DNA of 64,000 nt from the human T2T-CHM13v2.0 reference genome, Homo sapiens. The stretch lies in the NCBI RefSeq assembly GCF_009914755.1, contig NC_060947.1; one strand, written 5' to 3'. Made by a program: the position numbers and the translations under genes. Below the pieces are notes generated by a model. The model was not told where the DNA came from, ran no database searches, and worked only from the letters and a program-made list of their open reading frames with translations. Positions 1-14,613 of the stretch are shown here, one piece after another (position 1 is the stretch's first letter; every line of letters starts with the position of its first letter).

Positions 1-229
1 GAATTCTATATCTAAGGAAAATGCCTTTCAAGTAGGAAGACAGTTTATAGATATTTTTTAGAAAAAGAAATCTTGATAAAATGTACCCCCACTACACCTA
101 CATTAAAATAAATCTCTAAGCTACTTCTTCTGGCATAAGAGACAAAGATAACTGTTTGAAATTAAGATCTACATGTATGAATAAAGATTACTTGAAATGA
201 TAAGTACATGGGTAAATATAAGACTGTTT

Positions 230-904
230 CCCTTCTTTTCACAGATTCTTTGATTCCTACTAGAGCCAATAAGTAAGTTCAGCAAGGTCAAAAATACAAG
301 ATCTTCACATTCTATTTTTATAGAGTAGAAAAGAATAACTGGAAATGAAAACTTTTTAAATTGCAATACACAATAGTATTGAAATACTATGGAATACATA
401 GGAAAAAATCTGTCAATACATGTTCAAGATTTGTGTGATGGAAACTGTTAAACACTGATGAGAGAAATTAAAAGAAAACTAAATAAATGGAGAAATATGC
501 TCTCTTCATGTAATAGAAGACTCAATAATGTTAGCAAGTGCATCTTCCCTAAATTGATCTATAGATTTAAGTCTACTCCAATAAAAACATTATGAGGTAT
601 TTTTTGAAGAAATTGACAAAATTGTTCTAAAAAATTTACATGTAAAAAACAAATTATCTTAAATAGCCAAGACCATTTGAATAATATGTGAAAAGTAGCT
701 CAAGCTCTATAGTTTCAAGACATATTATAAAAGTATGACAATAAAGAAAGTGTAGCATTAGCATAAGTAGAGACAAAGAGATAATTGATAAACATACAAA
801 GTCTAGAAGTAGACCTTTTCCATATACCGTGAATTAATTTATAACAAAGTTAGCAAGGTAGTTCAAAGGGAAATGACTAGTTTTTCAAATAATTTGTGTT
901 GAGA
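230..904 (+). mobile_element. Old L1M (L1MC/MD-like) ORF2 fragment; left half of the outermost host element
   Basis: Decayed L1 ORF2 motifs (aaataaatggagaaatatgc, aaattgatctatagattt, gaaattgacaaa). It stops at 'tttttcaaataatttgtgttgagaa' and appears to resume at ~18166. Confidence 0.75.
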
Positions 905-3900
905 ATGATATCAGCAAAGATGGCTGACTAGCGTTTTCTGTTTCTAGTCCACCCCCACAAAAAGTAAGTAAAACAATGTATATTTTGACAGAAGTGACGG
1001 AAGAATTGTGCCAGAGAGCACCAGGAGAATAGCAAAATGCCTGTGGAGCACAAAATCTCAGGATAGCTTCATAGGGATGGGAGCAACTCATCCTGCCTCT
1101 GCCACACTCTCTCCCCCACCAGGATCATATTGGAGCTGTAGGACCTCTTTTTTATAGAAATAAAGGTAAGCTGGAGACCCTTAGCATTCTCTATCACTGA
1201 CGCAGATGCCAGTAGTCACTTCTACAGGAAGGTCCTTCAATCCTCACAGTCCCCAAGTCCAGTGTGAACAGTTACTGGGACTCCATGCAGCTGCACTCCT
1301 TAAAAGCAGGAACCTTCTTACCCCCACATTACAACCTAAGTGACTATGACACAGAATCCCCTTGAAACTGGACCCATATCTAGAGTGCATTCTACCTGTG
1401 GGGGGGCAGAGGGGGGCAGTAGCCACCAAACCACTCTGTGTAAAGCACCACTTTCATTTCACTACATTTACATAGGTGATTACAGCACCAATAGTCCAGC
1501 TGCCTAAAGCCCAGGCCCAAATGAATGACTGGAATGTCAATGCCCAAACTCACAAGGAACCTGATCATCCAGAGAAACAGGCAGACCTGAACAGCAGAAA
1601 GGCCTTTTTCATCCATTGAGTCAGTGTGCACCTACTCCTGTTTTTATATCCAACCAGAGACAACCCCAGACCACCACAGTGTCCCACACAGCCTCTGTGC
1701 CTGAACATTCCCAGCCCCAGCTTTAAAGAAGATCTGGAAGTTGTCCTACCCAACAAGATAGAAATCTTTCTCAGCTACCCAATTCATGTATACATGCCCC
1801 CAGCCCAACAGCCAGCTCAACAGTGACCTTACCATTCAGGACAGACCTATACACAACCCACTGGCATGCCACAATCACACGTGACTGACAATCAGTCCAG
1901 TGCCCCCACTAACAACAAAACTACATAACCACAGCAACAAACTACTGTAGTCTAGGACATTGAGAAAATTGCAGCCATCTCAGGGAAGAATTACAGCCAA
2001 AGAATTTGTATGGAGACCATGCTGCTGAGTTTACTCAGAACTAAAACTGATATAGCATTCCCAACCAACACCCTAGGACCCTTCTACAGGAAAAAGCTTC
2101 TTGCTACAAAAGTTACTCCATAAAATTGGAAAAAAAATACCACTTTTTTCCTGGATAAATAGATATCAACACAGGGACAAAAGAAATATTTAAAAAGCAA
2201 GTAAATGTGACTTATGCAAAGAAGCAATATAAGTCCCTAGTAAAAAATTCCAAAGAAAAGGATGTTTGTAAAATGCCTGAAAAATAATTCAAAATAAAAA
2301 TCTTGAGAAAACTCAGAAAGATATAAGAGAATACAAACAATACAGTGAAATTAGAAAAACAATTCATAATCTAAATTAGAAATTCAACAAAGAGATGGCT
2401 CATAAAAAGAACCAAACAAAAAACTTGCAGCTAAAGAATTCAATGACAAAAAAATGAAAAATACAATTGAGAGGTTCAACAACAGACTAAATCCAGCAGA
2501 AGGAAGAATATAAAAGCCAAGAAGCCTTATGGGACACAATTAAGTGGACAAATATTTGTATTATAGGGGTGCCTGAGAAAGAAGAAATAGCAGAAGGCAT
2601 AGAAAATTTATATAATAAAATAGTAGCTGAAAAGTTCCCAAGTCTTGGGAGACATAGGGACACAAAGATTCAGCAAACTTAAAGGCTTCCGATGAAATTT
2701 AAATGATAAATATTTTCTGTGAGGCACATTATAATCAAACTGACAAAACTCAAAATGTCAAGTCACAATAAAATAGTTTCTATTTGACAATCAGCAGATA
2801 TCTCAGCAAAAACCTTACAGGCCAGGAGAGAGTGGGACGACATATTAAAAGAACTAAAAAAAAAAATGTCATCTAAGAATAGTACATTGAGCAAAGCTAT
2901 CATTTAGAAATAAAGCAGAAATAAAGACCTTCCCAGACAAGCAAAAACTGTGGAACTGTGGAGATTCATCACCACTGGGGTATACTTAGAAGAAACGCTT
3001 AAAAGAGTACTACAGTAGGAAATAAAAGAAAAATAATTGATGCAAAGGTACATGAAAGTACAAAATTTACCAGTATAGGTAAACCCATGCAATAATCAGG
3101 ATACCCCGGTGATGTAATGTTGCTATGTAAATACTTCAATCCTATAGTATGAAGATTCAAATTAAAAAAGTCAAAAACATTAAAAGCTAAAATTAGTGAT
3201 GAAGAAACATACAAACAATAATGATATAAATTAAAGCAATCAGAATACAAATTGTGGGAGTGAGGGGAAAAGGCTAAAAGTATTTTTATGTGACCAAAGT
3301 CAAGTTGTTATCAGCTTAAAATAGTCTTATAACGAGACTCTATGTTACCAGCATTGTAACCACAAAAATACATAGATGAGAAAGAGGAAAGGAAAAAAAA
3401 ACACTTAGCATTAGATAACTACAAACCACAGATAAACAAGAGATTAAGAAGGGAACAAAGATTTACCAAACAACCAGAAAACAAATGACAGAAGTAAGAT
3501 CCTACCTATCAATAATAAAATTAAATGTGAAGAAATTAAATTCTACAATTAAAGGATATAGAATGGCTGAATGAATCAAAAAATCCACCTATATTTTGCC
3601 TACAAGAGATGTACCTCACTATTAAAGACAAACAGAGTGAAAGTGAAGGAATGGAGAAAGATATTACATGCAAACAAAAACCAACAATGATCGGGAGAAG
3701 CAATACTAATATTAGATAGAATAGATGTTAATTCAAGAACTATCAAAAAACCCCACAAAAAGTTTATTATACAACAATAAAGGGATAATTAAACAAGAAG
3801 ATAAAACAATTGTAAATATATATGTATCCAACACTGGAGCAGACAAATATATAAAGCAAAGATGAATAGATCTAAAAGGATAGACAGACTGCAATACAGT

Positions 3901-4667
3901 AATAGTTGGAAACTTCAACAGCCTATTTTTGGCAATGGACAGATCATTAAGGCAGAAAATCAACAAAGAAACATCAGAGTTAAACTAAATTTTTAAACAA
4001 ATAGTGCTAATAGATATTTACAGAGCATTTTATTAAATTGCTGCAGAATTCAAATTATTCTCATCACCACATGTAACATTCTCCAGAATAGATAATGTGT
4101 AAGGTCAAAAATATCTATTGGCAATTTAAAAACAGTCAAAATTATACCACATAACTTTTCTCAGTATGAAGGAATAAAACTAGAAATCAATAATAAGAGG
4201 AATTTTAGAAACTGTACAAATACATAAAAATTGAATAGCGTGCTCCCAAATGATCAATGGGTAAATAAAGAAATTAGAATGAAAATTAAAAAAAAAACTT
4301 GAACAAATGAAAGCAGCAGCACAACATAACAGAACCTATGTGATACAGCAAAAGCAGTTCTAAAAGGGCAGATCATAGCAATAAATACCTACATCATAAA
4401 TATAAAAGGATTTGTAATAAACCACCTAATGATTCACCTTAAGAACTTGCAAAGCAAGAGGAAACCAAAATATAAATTAATAAAAAATAAAGATCAGAGT
4501 AAAAATAAATGAAATTGAGATAAAATCAAAATGCAAAATGTTAACAAAATGAAGAGTTTGTTTTAGATAAGTTAAATCTTACAAAACTTTAGTTAGGCTA
4601 AGAAAAAATAGTTAGAAACACAAATAAATAAAATCAGATACTAAAAAGGAAACATTACAACTGATAC

Positions 4668-5421
4668 TGTGTCCAGAATTGGTTCTTTCTGGTGGGTTCT
4701 TGGTCTCACTGACTTCAAGAATGAAGCCACATACCCTCACGGTGAGTGTTACAGTTCTTAAAGATGGTGTGTCCGGAGTTTGTTCTTTCAGATGTTCAGG
4801 TGTGTCCAGAGTTTCTTTCTTCCAGTGGGTTTGTGGTCTCGCTGACTTCAGGAGTGAAGCCGCAGACCTTCACAGTGAGTATTACAGCTCTTAAAGGTGG
4901 CGTGTCCAGAATTGTTTGTTCCTCCTGGTGGGTTTGTGATCTCGCTGATTTCAGGAACGAAGCGGCAGACCCTTGCGGAGAGTGTTACAGCTCATCAAGG
5001 TAGTGCAGACCCAAAGAGTGAGCAGCAGCAAGATTTATTGTGAAGAGCAAAAGACCAAAGTTTCCAGAGCGTGGAAGGGGACCCCAGCAGGTTGCTGCTG
5101 CTGGCTCAGGTGGCCAGCTTTTATTCCCTTATTTGGCTCTGCCCACATCCTGCTGATTGGTCCATTTTACAGAGAACTGATTGGCCCATTTTACAGAGTG
5201 CTGATAGCTACACTTTACAGAGTGCTGATTGGTGCATTTACAATCCTTTAGCTAAACACAGAGTGCTGATTGGTGCGTTTTTACAGAGTGCTGACTGGTG
5301 CATTTACAATCCTTTAGCTAGACACAGAGCACTGATTGGTGCATTTACAATCCTTTAGCTAGGCAGAAAAGTTCTCCAAGTCCCCACTCGACCCAGGAAG
5401 TCCAGCTGGCTTCACCCCTCC
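4668..5421 (-). mobile_element. Solo LTR12 (ERV9 LTR)
   Basis: The reverse complement starts 'gaggggtgaagccagctggacttcctgggtcgagtggggacttggagaac'. It has tandem 'ccaatcagcactctgt' units and U5 repeats. A 4-bp TSD ATAC lies at 4664-4667 and 5422-5425, and the host L1 reads through (acaactgatac|cacagaaa). Confidence 0.95.
5151..5340 (-). promoter_or_regulatory. LTR12 U3 tandem CCAAT-box (NF-Y) array
   Basis: Five intact CTGATTGG (CCAATCAG on the minus strand) plus two degenerate copies (ctgatagc, ctgactgg). NF-Y binding to LTR12 is established for the family; activity of this copy is not shown. Confidence 0.7.
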
Positions 5422-8400
5422 ATACCACAGAAAATAAAAGGATTATTAGAGACTACTAGGAACAAGTTTATATCAATAACATGAAAAAGCTGGAAGAAAC
5501 TGATAAATTTCTGGACTCAGACAACCTACTAAGATAGAAGCATGAAAAAAATAGAAAACCTAAGCAAACAATGAGTAATGAGACTGAAGCAGTAATAATT
5601 ATTTTTTCATAAAAAGGAAGCACAGGACACAGGGGTTTCACTGCTGAATTCTATTACACTTGTAAAGAAAAACTAATCCCACACATACTCAAACTATTTT
5701 ATAAAATTGAATATTAGGAAATACTTCCAAATTCATTGAACAAGGCCAGGATTACTCTGAAACAAAAACCAGAGAAAGGTAAGACAAAAAAAAAAAAAAA
5801 GTATAGGTCAATATCCCTAATGAGCATAAATATAAAATCTTCAGAATAATACTGGCAAAACAAGTGCAACAGCTCATTAAAAAAATTATTCCTCATGATC
5901 GAGTGGAATTTATCCCAGGGATTCAGTGATTGTCCAATATATGCAAATTAATAAACTGGATACATCACATTAACAAAATCAAGGACAAAAATTATATAAC
6001 AATTTCAATAGATGTTGAAAAAGTATTTGATAAAATTCAACATTCCTTCCTGATAAAAACTCTGAACAAGTTGGGCACATAGGGAAAATACCTCAATACT
6101 ACAAAAACCATATATGAAAATGAACAACTAATATCACACTGAATGGAGAACAATGAAAAGCCTTTCTATTAATATCTGGAACAAGACAGGAATGCTGCCT
6201 TCTTCGCTTCTATTCAACATAGTACTAAAGTCCTAGACAGAGTAATTAGGCAATATAAAGTAATAAAGGGCATCCAAATTAAAAAGGAAGAAGCAAATCA
6301 TTTTTGTTTGGAGACAACATAATCTTATTTTTAGAAAAACCTGAAGACCCAACAGAACTCTTACAAATAACTAACAAATTCATTAAAATTGCAGTATACA
6401 AAATCAATTTACAAAATTAGTAGCATTTCTATATACTAGTAGCAATAAATCTGAAAAAGAAATCAGTAAAATAATACTGTTTAGAATAGTTACCAAAAAA
6501 TACTTAAGAATAAATTTACATAAGCTAAAAATCTCTACAAGGAAAACTATAAATTACTGATGAAAAAACTAAGGGGATACAAGAAAAAAGAAAGATGGCC
6601 CATGTTTATAGATTGGAATAATTATTAGTATTAAATATCTATACTTTCAAAAGCAATCTACAGATTTATTGCAATTATTTCAAAATTCCAATGATGTTCT
6701 TCACAGAAATAGAAAAAACAATTGCCAATTTACTATGGAACCAGAAATTATCCCACATAAAAACAGCAATCTTGAGCAGCAGCAACAAAGCTGGAGGCAT
6801 CACACCACCTGATTTCAAATTATACTACTAGGCTACGGAACACCAAACATGTCCCTGGCATAGAAAAAAAACAGATTTACCAATGGAACAGAATTAAATT
6901 CACTCACAGTCACCTCACTTTCTACAAAAGTGCCAAGAACTTCCATTGAGGAAAGAACAATCTCTTTAATAAATGGTGCTTAGATAACTAGCTGTTCATA
7001 TGCAGAAAAATGAAATTATATCCCCATTTTTCAACATATATATATATAGAAAAATTAATTCAAAATGCATTAAATACTTAAATGTAAGACCTAAAACTTT
7101 AAATCCACTAAAAGAAACCTTGGGGAAAATGTTATAGGACATTGGTCCGAGCAAAGATATTTTTGGATAAGAATTTGAAATCACAGACAATAAAAGCAAA
7201 ACGAGACAAATAGGATTACATCGATCAAAGAAAACCAGCAACAACAAAACATCAATAAAGAGACAACCTACAGAATGGGAGGAAATACTTGCAAATGATC
7301 TATCTCACAAGGGATTAACACCCAGAATAGATATGAAACTCAAACAACTCAATAACAAGAGCAAATAATCCCATTAATAAATAGGCAAAATCCTTTAATA
7401 GATATTTCCTAAAAGACAACATATGAACAGCCAAGAGCTGTATGAAAAAAATGTTCAACATCACTAATCATCAGGAAAATGCAAATCAAAACCACAATGA
7501 AATAACATCTCACCCAAGTTAGAATGACTCCTATCAAAAAGACAAAAAATAAATAAAATGCTGGCAAGGATGTGGAAAAATAAGAATATGCATACATTGT
7601 TGGAGGGAATGTAAATTAGTACAGCCATTATGGAGAATGATATGAAGGATCCTCAAAAACACAAAAATAGAACAACCATATGAACCAGTAATCTCACTGC
7701 TGGGTATATATCCAAAAGAAAAAAATCAGTATATCAAGGAGATATCCACACTGTCATATTTATTATGACACTGCTCACAATAGTCAAGATGTGGTATCAA
7801 CCTAAGTGTCCATCAGTGGATGAATGAACAAAGAAAATTTGGTGTACTTACACAATTAAATTTTATTCAACCAGAAAACAGAATGAAATTCTCTCATTTA
7901 CAGCAACATGAATGGAATTCAGGTCATTATTGTAAGTGAAATAAACCAGGCACAGAAAGGCAAATATCACATTTTAACTGGTATATCAGAGCTCAAAAAG
8001 TGTGTCTTACAGACTTACAGAATAGAATGGTGCTTACCAGAGACTTGGAAGAGAAGGAAAGAGGGAATGAAGATAAGGTGTTGGTTAAGGGGTACAAAAA
8101 TACAGTCAGTTAGAAGGAATAAGTTCTAGTATTTGATAGTACTGTAGAGAAATTACACTTAAAATAACTTACTATGTATATTAAAATAGCTAAAAGAGAA
8201 GAATTTCAATGTTTCCAGTTCCAAGGAAAGATGAATGTTTGAGGTGATGGATAGTTCAATTACCCCAATTTTATTAATACACATGGTAGGCATGTGTCAA
8301 AAATATCACATGTACCACAAAAATACATACAACTATTATATATCAATAAAATATTAAGACAAAAAGAAGAAAGATTTCTAATAAATAACCAAAACAAAAA

Positions 8401-8769
8401 CCTCAATGAACTAGAAAAAGAAGCAGCTAAGTTCAGGGCAGAAATGAACAATATAAGAACTAACATAACAATTAAAAAGATCAACAAAACTAAAAGTTAC
8501 TTTTTTGAAAATACAAACAGAATAAACAAAGCTTTATCTAGACTAAGAAGAAAAGAGAAATATTCCAAAGACAACCAGAGATGAAAAAGAAAACACTTCA
8601 ACAGACATCACAGAAATACAAAGCATTGTAAGAAACTACTATGAACAACAGTATGTGAAGATATTCAAGAACATAGAAGAATAGGAAAATTTCTGGGCAC
8701 TTACAACCTATCAAGATTAAAGTAATAAATAAAAAAATAAATAGAAAATATGAACAGACCAATAATGAG

Positions 8770-11700
8770 CGACGCTCAAGATGACCAACTAGATGCAGCT
8801 GGGAAGTGCTACTTCCATAGAGAGAGACCAGTATTTCCACTAAACCAACATAATTTGAACAGATCTTTGGAGAAAAAAATGCTAAATATGGATGAATAAA
8901 ATATGCAGATGCTGAGGCTGAAGAGGGAGGAAGCTGGGAACCCTGCATGTGATGACTGAATGCTAGGGCTGGTGCCTGGCCCTGAAGAGTTCCTGGGGAA
9001 AGGGTGAGTAAAGAGACCGGAAGACTATGGACTGTCACCATGGACCTCTGTGATCCTAGCTTTAAGGGATCACGCATTCCTCATAGACATTTGAGCTGGT
9101 GAGTAGATCCCACTGGAGATTCGACGGAAGTGGAGTTGTAACAGGCATGGAGCCAGGGGCCTTTATGTGTGGGACAGCTCCAGCAGAGTCCAGCTGTTAG
9201 TACCCATTACCCAGGGTTCCTCATCTCCCTCTGAGAGGCTCTGGCCCTAGCTAACCACCAAGAAGAAAGCAGAGCTGGCTTCCCCACAGGGCTGAGGCAC
9301 ATCTGCCCTGCAGGCCTGCCTGCCCACCAGTCCCTCCCAGGGCTCCTGCCTGGCTGCTCCACCGGAGCATGTACAAAGTGCAGCCACACTGCCCCGCCTG
9401 GGTATTTTGCTAAACCTGGGTGTGTTTCAGCAGCCTGAGAGACCTTCAGATCCCACAGCACACATGGAACCAAACCCCAGGTGTCCAGAGGAGGGAACCA
9501 GGAACAGGTCCTGGCTCCCATGGGCTGTGGTCCATGGCTTAAGAGTGCTAAGCCAAAATCTGTGCCTGCCTCTTAAGCAAGGGAGGAGACCACATTCTCA
9601 GAAAACTGAGAGAGGTGGAGTCACACAGGTTTGTGGGCTGGTGTGGGATCTAGGCATGCCTCCCTCTACAGGGCTGGTAGAGTAAGTAAGGATGTGGCCT
9701 ATTTCCCTACTGTACCTTTGCCTGAGGGAGCCCTATGGCCCAAAACACCTACCCAAAAGTGAAGAAAAAAATTGAGAGCACAGCGCCAGTGATTGAAGAT
9801 GGCTCCCCCAAGGCCCAAGAGTGAAACTGGTGTAGGGGATTATCTCTCCACCTAGCACCACAGAGCACAGATGCAAATGAAAGAGTACACAAAGAAGCTA
9901 CAAGGCTGAGTAAGAGCCTATCGGCCATCCATTGCTCTCAACTGTTGTCTACTGGATTACAGCCTAAGCTTTAACACTAAAAAACACTGCTAATTCTTTC
10001 CCTCTGTGAAATCAAGGGCAATAACTTAACAACAAATCCTAGTGCAGAGCCTTAGCCCTCTGAAAACTTCCATAAATGAAGCCAACTGAATATACTCAAT
10101 TTACACCACAGTTATAAAGAAAATTCTCCCATATGAAAAAGAATGCAAGAAGTCTGACAATTCAAAAAGCCAGAGTATTTCCTTATCCCCCAAAAAGCCC
10201 ATCAGCTTCCCTGCAATGGTGATTTACTAGTTTGAAATATCTGAAATGACAGACATGTAAATCAGAACTGGATGACAAGTAAGCTGATTGAGATACAGGA
10301 GAAAGTTGAAACTGAATCTAAGGAAGCCAAGCAGTCCAGTGAACTGATTTAAGAACTGACAGATGAAATAGTCATTTTAAGAAATACCCAAACTGAAGTT
10401 CTTGAAGTAAAAGAAAAAAAAATCACCACAAGAATTTCATAACACAATTGGAAGTATTAACAGCAGAATAGACCAAGCTAAGGAAGTAATCTCAGAGTTC
10501 AAACACTGGTTCTTTGAATCAACTCAGTGCGACAAAACTAAAACAAAAAAAAAAAAACAAAATGAAGGAAAAAATGAACAAAACCTCCAAGTAATATGAG
10601 ATTATATAAAGAGACCAAATACATGACTGATTGGCATTCCTCAGAGAGAGAGAGAATAAGCAACTTGCAAAGTATATTTGAGGATATAGTTTATGAAAGT
10701 GTTCTTAATATGGTTGGAGATGTTGACATGCAAATACAAGGAACACAGAGAACCCCAGCCAGCTACTATACAAAATGACCACCTCCAAGGTACATACTCA
10801 TCACACTCACAGAGATAAATGCAAAAAAAAAAAAGAAAAAAAAGTCTTAAAGGCAGCTAGAGAGAAGTGGCAGGTTACTTACAGAGGGAATCCCATCAGG
10901 CTAGCAGCAGAACTCTCAGCAGAAACCTTAAAATCAGAAGAAATTGAGAGCCTAATTTCAGCATCCTTAAAGAAAAGAAACTGCAACCAAGAATTTTATA
11001 TCCCACAGAACTAAGCTTCATAACTGAAGGATAAATAAAATCCTTCTCAGACAATCAAATGCTGAGGGAACATATTTCAACTAGACCAGCATTATAAGAG
11101 GTCCTTAAGGAATCAAAAGAATTCCACCTGATACCACAACAACACAGTTAAGCACATAACCCACAGCCACTATAAAGCAACTATGCAATCAAGTCTACCT
11201 AACAAACAGCTAACAACAGGATGACAGGATCAAAATAACACATAGCAATACTAACCTTGAATGTGAATGGGATAAACATCCACTTAAAAGACACAGAGTG
11301 GCCAGCAGGACAAAAGGATAAGACCCAAACATCTGTTGTCTTCAAGAGATCCACCTCACATGCAATAACACTTACAGCATCAGGGTAAAATTTACCATGC
11401 AAATGGAAAACACAAATGGGAAGGAATTGCTATTCTTATCTTACATAAAACAGACTTTAAGCCGATAAAAATTAAGAAAGACAATGAAGGGAGGTACATA
11501 GTGATACAGGGCACAATACAACAAGAAGTCTTAACCATTCTAAATATATATGCAACCCACATTGGAGCACCAATATTCATAAAACAAGTTATTCTAGGCC
11601 TATGTAAAGATTTAGACAATCAGACAAAACCGTGGAACACCTCAACACTCCATTGACGGCACTAGATAGATCATCAAGGCAGAAAACTAACCAAAAAACT

Positions 11701-14613
11701 CTAGATTTAAAGTCAACACTCAACACAGAGGACCTAATAGCCATCTACAGAACATTCCATCCAATGACCACATAATATACATTTTTCCCATCTGCACACA
11801 TAATATATTCTAATATTTACTACATGTTCAGTCATAAAGCAAGTCTCAAGAAATTAAAAAAAATCTGAAATCATAACAAGCATATTCTCGGACCACAGTG
11901 CAAGAGACACTGAAAGCAATATCAAGGAGATCGCTCAAAACTGTACACCTATTTGGAAAGTAGATAATTTACTCCTGCATAACTCCTTGGTGAACATCAA
12001 AATTAAGGCAGAATTTAAAAAAACCTCATTGAAATTAGTGATAATGGGACACAACTTAACAATATCTCTGGGATGCAGCCAAAGCAGTGTTAATTTAACA
12101 GAAAAGTTTATTGCCCTAAGTACCTTCATCAAGAAGTTAGAAAGACCTCAAATTAACACTCTAACTTTGCACCTAAGCAAAATAGAAATCTACAAAAACC
12201 AAAATAGAGAAAAAGAAATAACTAAAGTTAGAGAATAACTTAATGAAATTGAGATGTAAAAATTTATACAAAAGATCAATGAAACCAAGAGTTATTTCTT
12301 TTCTAAAGAAATAAGATCGACAGAATGTTAACTAGATATACAAAGAAAAGAAAGAGAAGATTCACATAACCATAATCAGAAATGACAAAGGGAATATTAC
12401 AACTGATCCCACAGAAATACAAAAGATCCTCAGAGACTACTATGAACAACTCTATGCACACAAACTAGAAAATTTAGAGTAAATGGATAAATTTCTGGAA
12501 GGATATAATCTGTCAAGATTGAATCAGAAAGAGTTTGAAACCCTGAAAAGGCCAATATCAACTTCTGAAATTGAATCAGTACTAAAGAACTGACCCAAAA
12601 AACAAAACAACAACAACAACAACAACAAAAACAAAGCACTGAATCAGATGAATTTAAGCCAAATTATATCAGATGTACAGAAAACAACTGATATCAATTC
12701 TACTGAAACTATTCTGAAAAATTGAGGAAGAGGGGCTCCTTCCTAATTCATTCTATGAAGCCAGCATCTGCCCAATACAAAAATCTGGCAGAGACACAAT
12801 GAAAAAAGAAAACTTCAGGCCAATATAGTTGCTGAAAATAATTGCAAAATTCCTCAAAAAAATACTAGATAACCAAATCAAGAGGCAGTCAAAAAGTCAA
12901 TAACTCATAATTAACAAGATTTTATTCCTAGGATGTGAACCTGGTTCAACATAAACAAATCAATAAATGTGATTTGCCACATAAAAGAATTAAATGCAAA
13001 AATTATATGATCATCTCAGTGGATGCAGAAAAAGTAAAAGATCTGATAAAATCCACTATTTTTTCATTATAAAAATCATCAGCAAACTAGGCATCCAAGG
13101 ATCATACCTCAAAATATGAAGAACCATCCATGACAAACTCACAGCCAACATCATAGTGAATGGGCTAAAGTTCAAACTATTCCCCTTGAGAAACGGAACA
13201 AGACAAGGATGACCACTCTCACCATTCCTTTTCAATATACTACTGGCAATTCTAGCCAAAGCAATCAGGCAAGATAAAGAAAGGAAGGGCATCCAAATAG
13301 AAGAAAAAGAGAAATCAAACTACCTCTCTTTGCTGATAATATGATTTTATACTTGGAAAATCTTAGAGTCACTGCCAAAAGGCTCTGAGAACTGATAAAT
13401 GACTTAAGCAAAGTTTCAGGATACAAAATGAAAAGTTCCCAGAAAAATAGAAGCCTACCATCTTTGTATAGGGTTTGAAGTTATAACAATAATTTTCTGT
13501 TTATTGAGCATCATTAATGCCCAGATATGGTGTCCAGACACCATAATTTGGTAGTTGGAACTTTCCATTCATTGCTCGTTGCAGTGCAAACAAAAATAGT
13601 GAAGTAGGAACTAAGCTAAAGAGCTTCTGCACAGCAAATTAAACTATCAACAGAGTAAACAGGCAACCTACAGAATAGGAGAAAGTATTTGCAAACTATG
13701 CATCCAACAAAGGTCTAATATCCAAAATCTACAGGTAACTTAAATCAATAAGGAAAAAAAAAACCCATTAAAAATGGACAAAGGACATGAGCAGACACTT
13801 CTTAAAAGAAGACATACATATAGTCAACAAACATGAAAAAATGCTCAGCATCCTTAATCATAAGGGAAATGCGAACCAAAACCACAATGAGTTACCACCT
13901 CACAGCAGTTAGAATAGTTATTATTAAAAAGTCAAACAACAACAGATGCTGGTGAGCCTGTAGAGAAAAGGGAACACGTATATACTGTTGGTGGGAATGT
14001 ACATTAGTTCAGCCACTATGGAAAGCTGTCTGGAGATTTATCAAGGAACTTAAAGCAGAACTACCATCCAACCCAGCAGGAGCATTACTGGGTATATACC
14101 CTAAGGAAAATAAATTTTTCTACCAAAAAGACACATTTACTTATATGTTTATTGCTGCACTATTTAGAATAGCAAAGAAATGAAATCCACCAAGGTGCCC
14201 ATTAATGGTAAATTGTATTAAAAAAAAAGAAGTGGTAAGTATACAGCATGGAATACTGCAGAGCCATAAAAAAGAATAAAATCCTGTTCTTTTCAGCAAC
14301 ACTGGTGAAATGGGAAACATAATCCTTAGCTAATTAATACAGGAACAGAAAAACAAACGTTGCATGCTCTCACTCATAAATGAAAGCTAAACATTGAGCA
14401 GACATGGACATAAATATGAGAACAATAGACACTATAGGGGGGACAGGAGAGAGCAGAGGGAAGGAGGGGAATGAGTTGAAAAACTACCTATTGAGTGCTA
14501 GGTTCACTACCTGTGTGATGAGATCTGTACTCCTATCTAAGCACCATACAATATTCTCATGTAACAAACCTACACATGTGCCACTTGTATCTATGATAAA
14601 AATGGAAATTAAA
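8770..14613 (+). mobile_element. L1PA15-17-like (L1P4-type) element with 5'UTR, ORF1 and internally deleted ORF2
   Basis: Start 'caagatgaccaactagatgcagc'. ORF1 peptide remnant KVLKAAREKWQVTYRGNPIRLAAELSAETL (10775-11014), ORF2 start atgacaggatca at 11221, 3' end 'catgtaacaaacctacacatgt...ataaaaatggaaatt'. TSD aataatgag (8761-8769) / aatgatgag (14614-14622). Confidence 0.85.

Larger units (their letters stand above)
905..8355 (+). mobile_element. Near full-length decayed L1MA (L1MA3-5-like): 5'UTR, ORF1, ORF2, 3'UTR; interrupted by LTR12
   Basis: Begins with the L1 start motif 'atcagcaaagatggctgactag'. A GC-richer 5'UTR runs to ~2100, ORF1-like sequence ~2200-3000, and ORF2 EN/RT remnants with many stops follow. 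L1MA-type 3' end 'aatatcacatgtaccacaaaaatacatacaactattatatatcaataaa'. Confidence 0.85.

Noticed and set aside
1-6. GAATTC at base 1
   Set aside because: Probably the EcoRI cloning end of a genomic clone, not a biological feature.
4680-5360. Regularly spaced repeats resembling a CRISPR-like array
   Set aside because: These are the normal U5 and U3 tandem repeats of LTR12; there are no unique spacers and the context is eukaryotic.
905-14613. Retrotransposition-competent L1
   Set aside because: Both long elements have numerous stops, frameshifts and deletions in ORF1 and ORF2.
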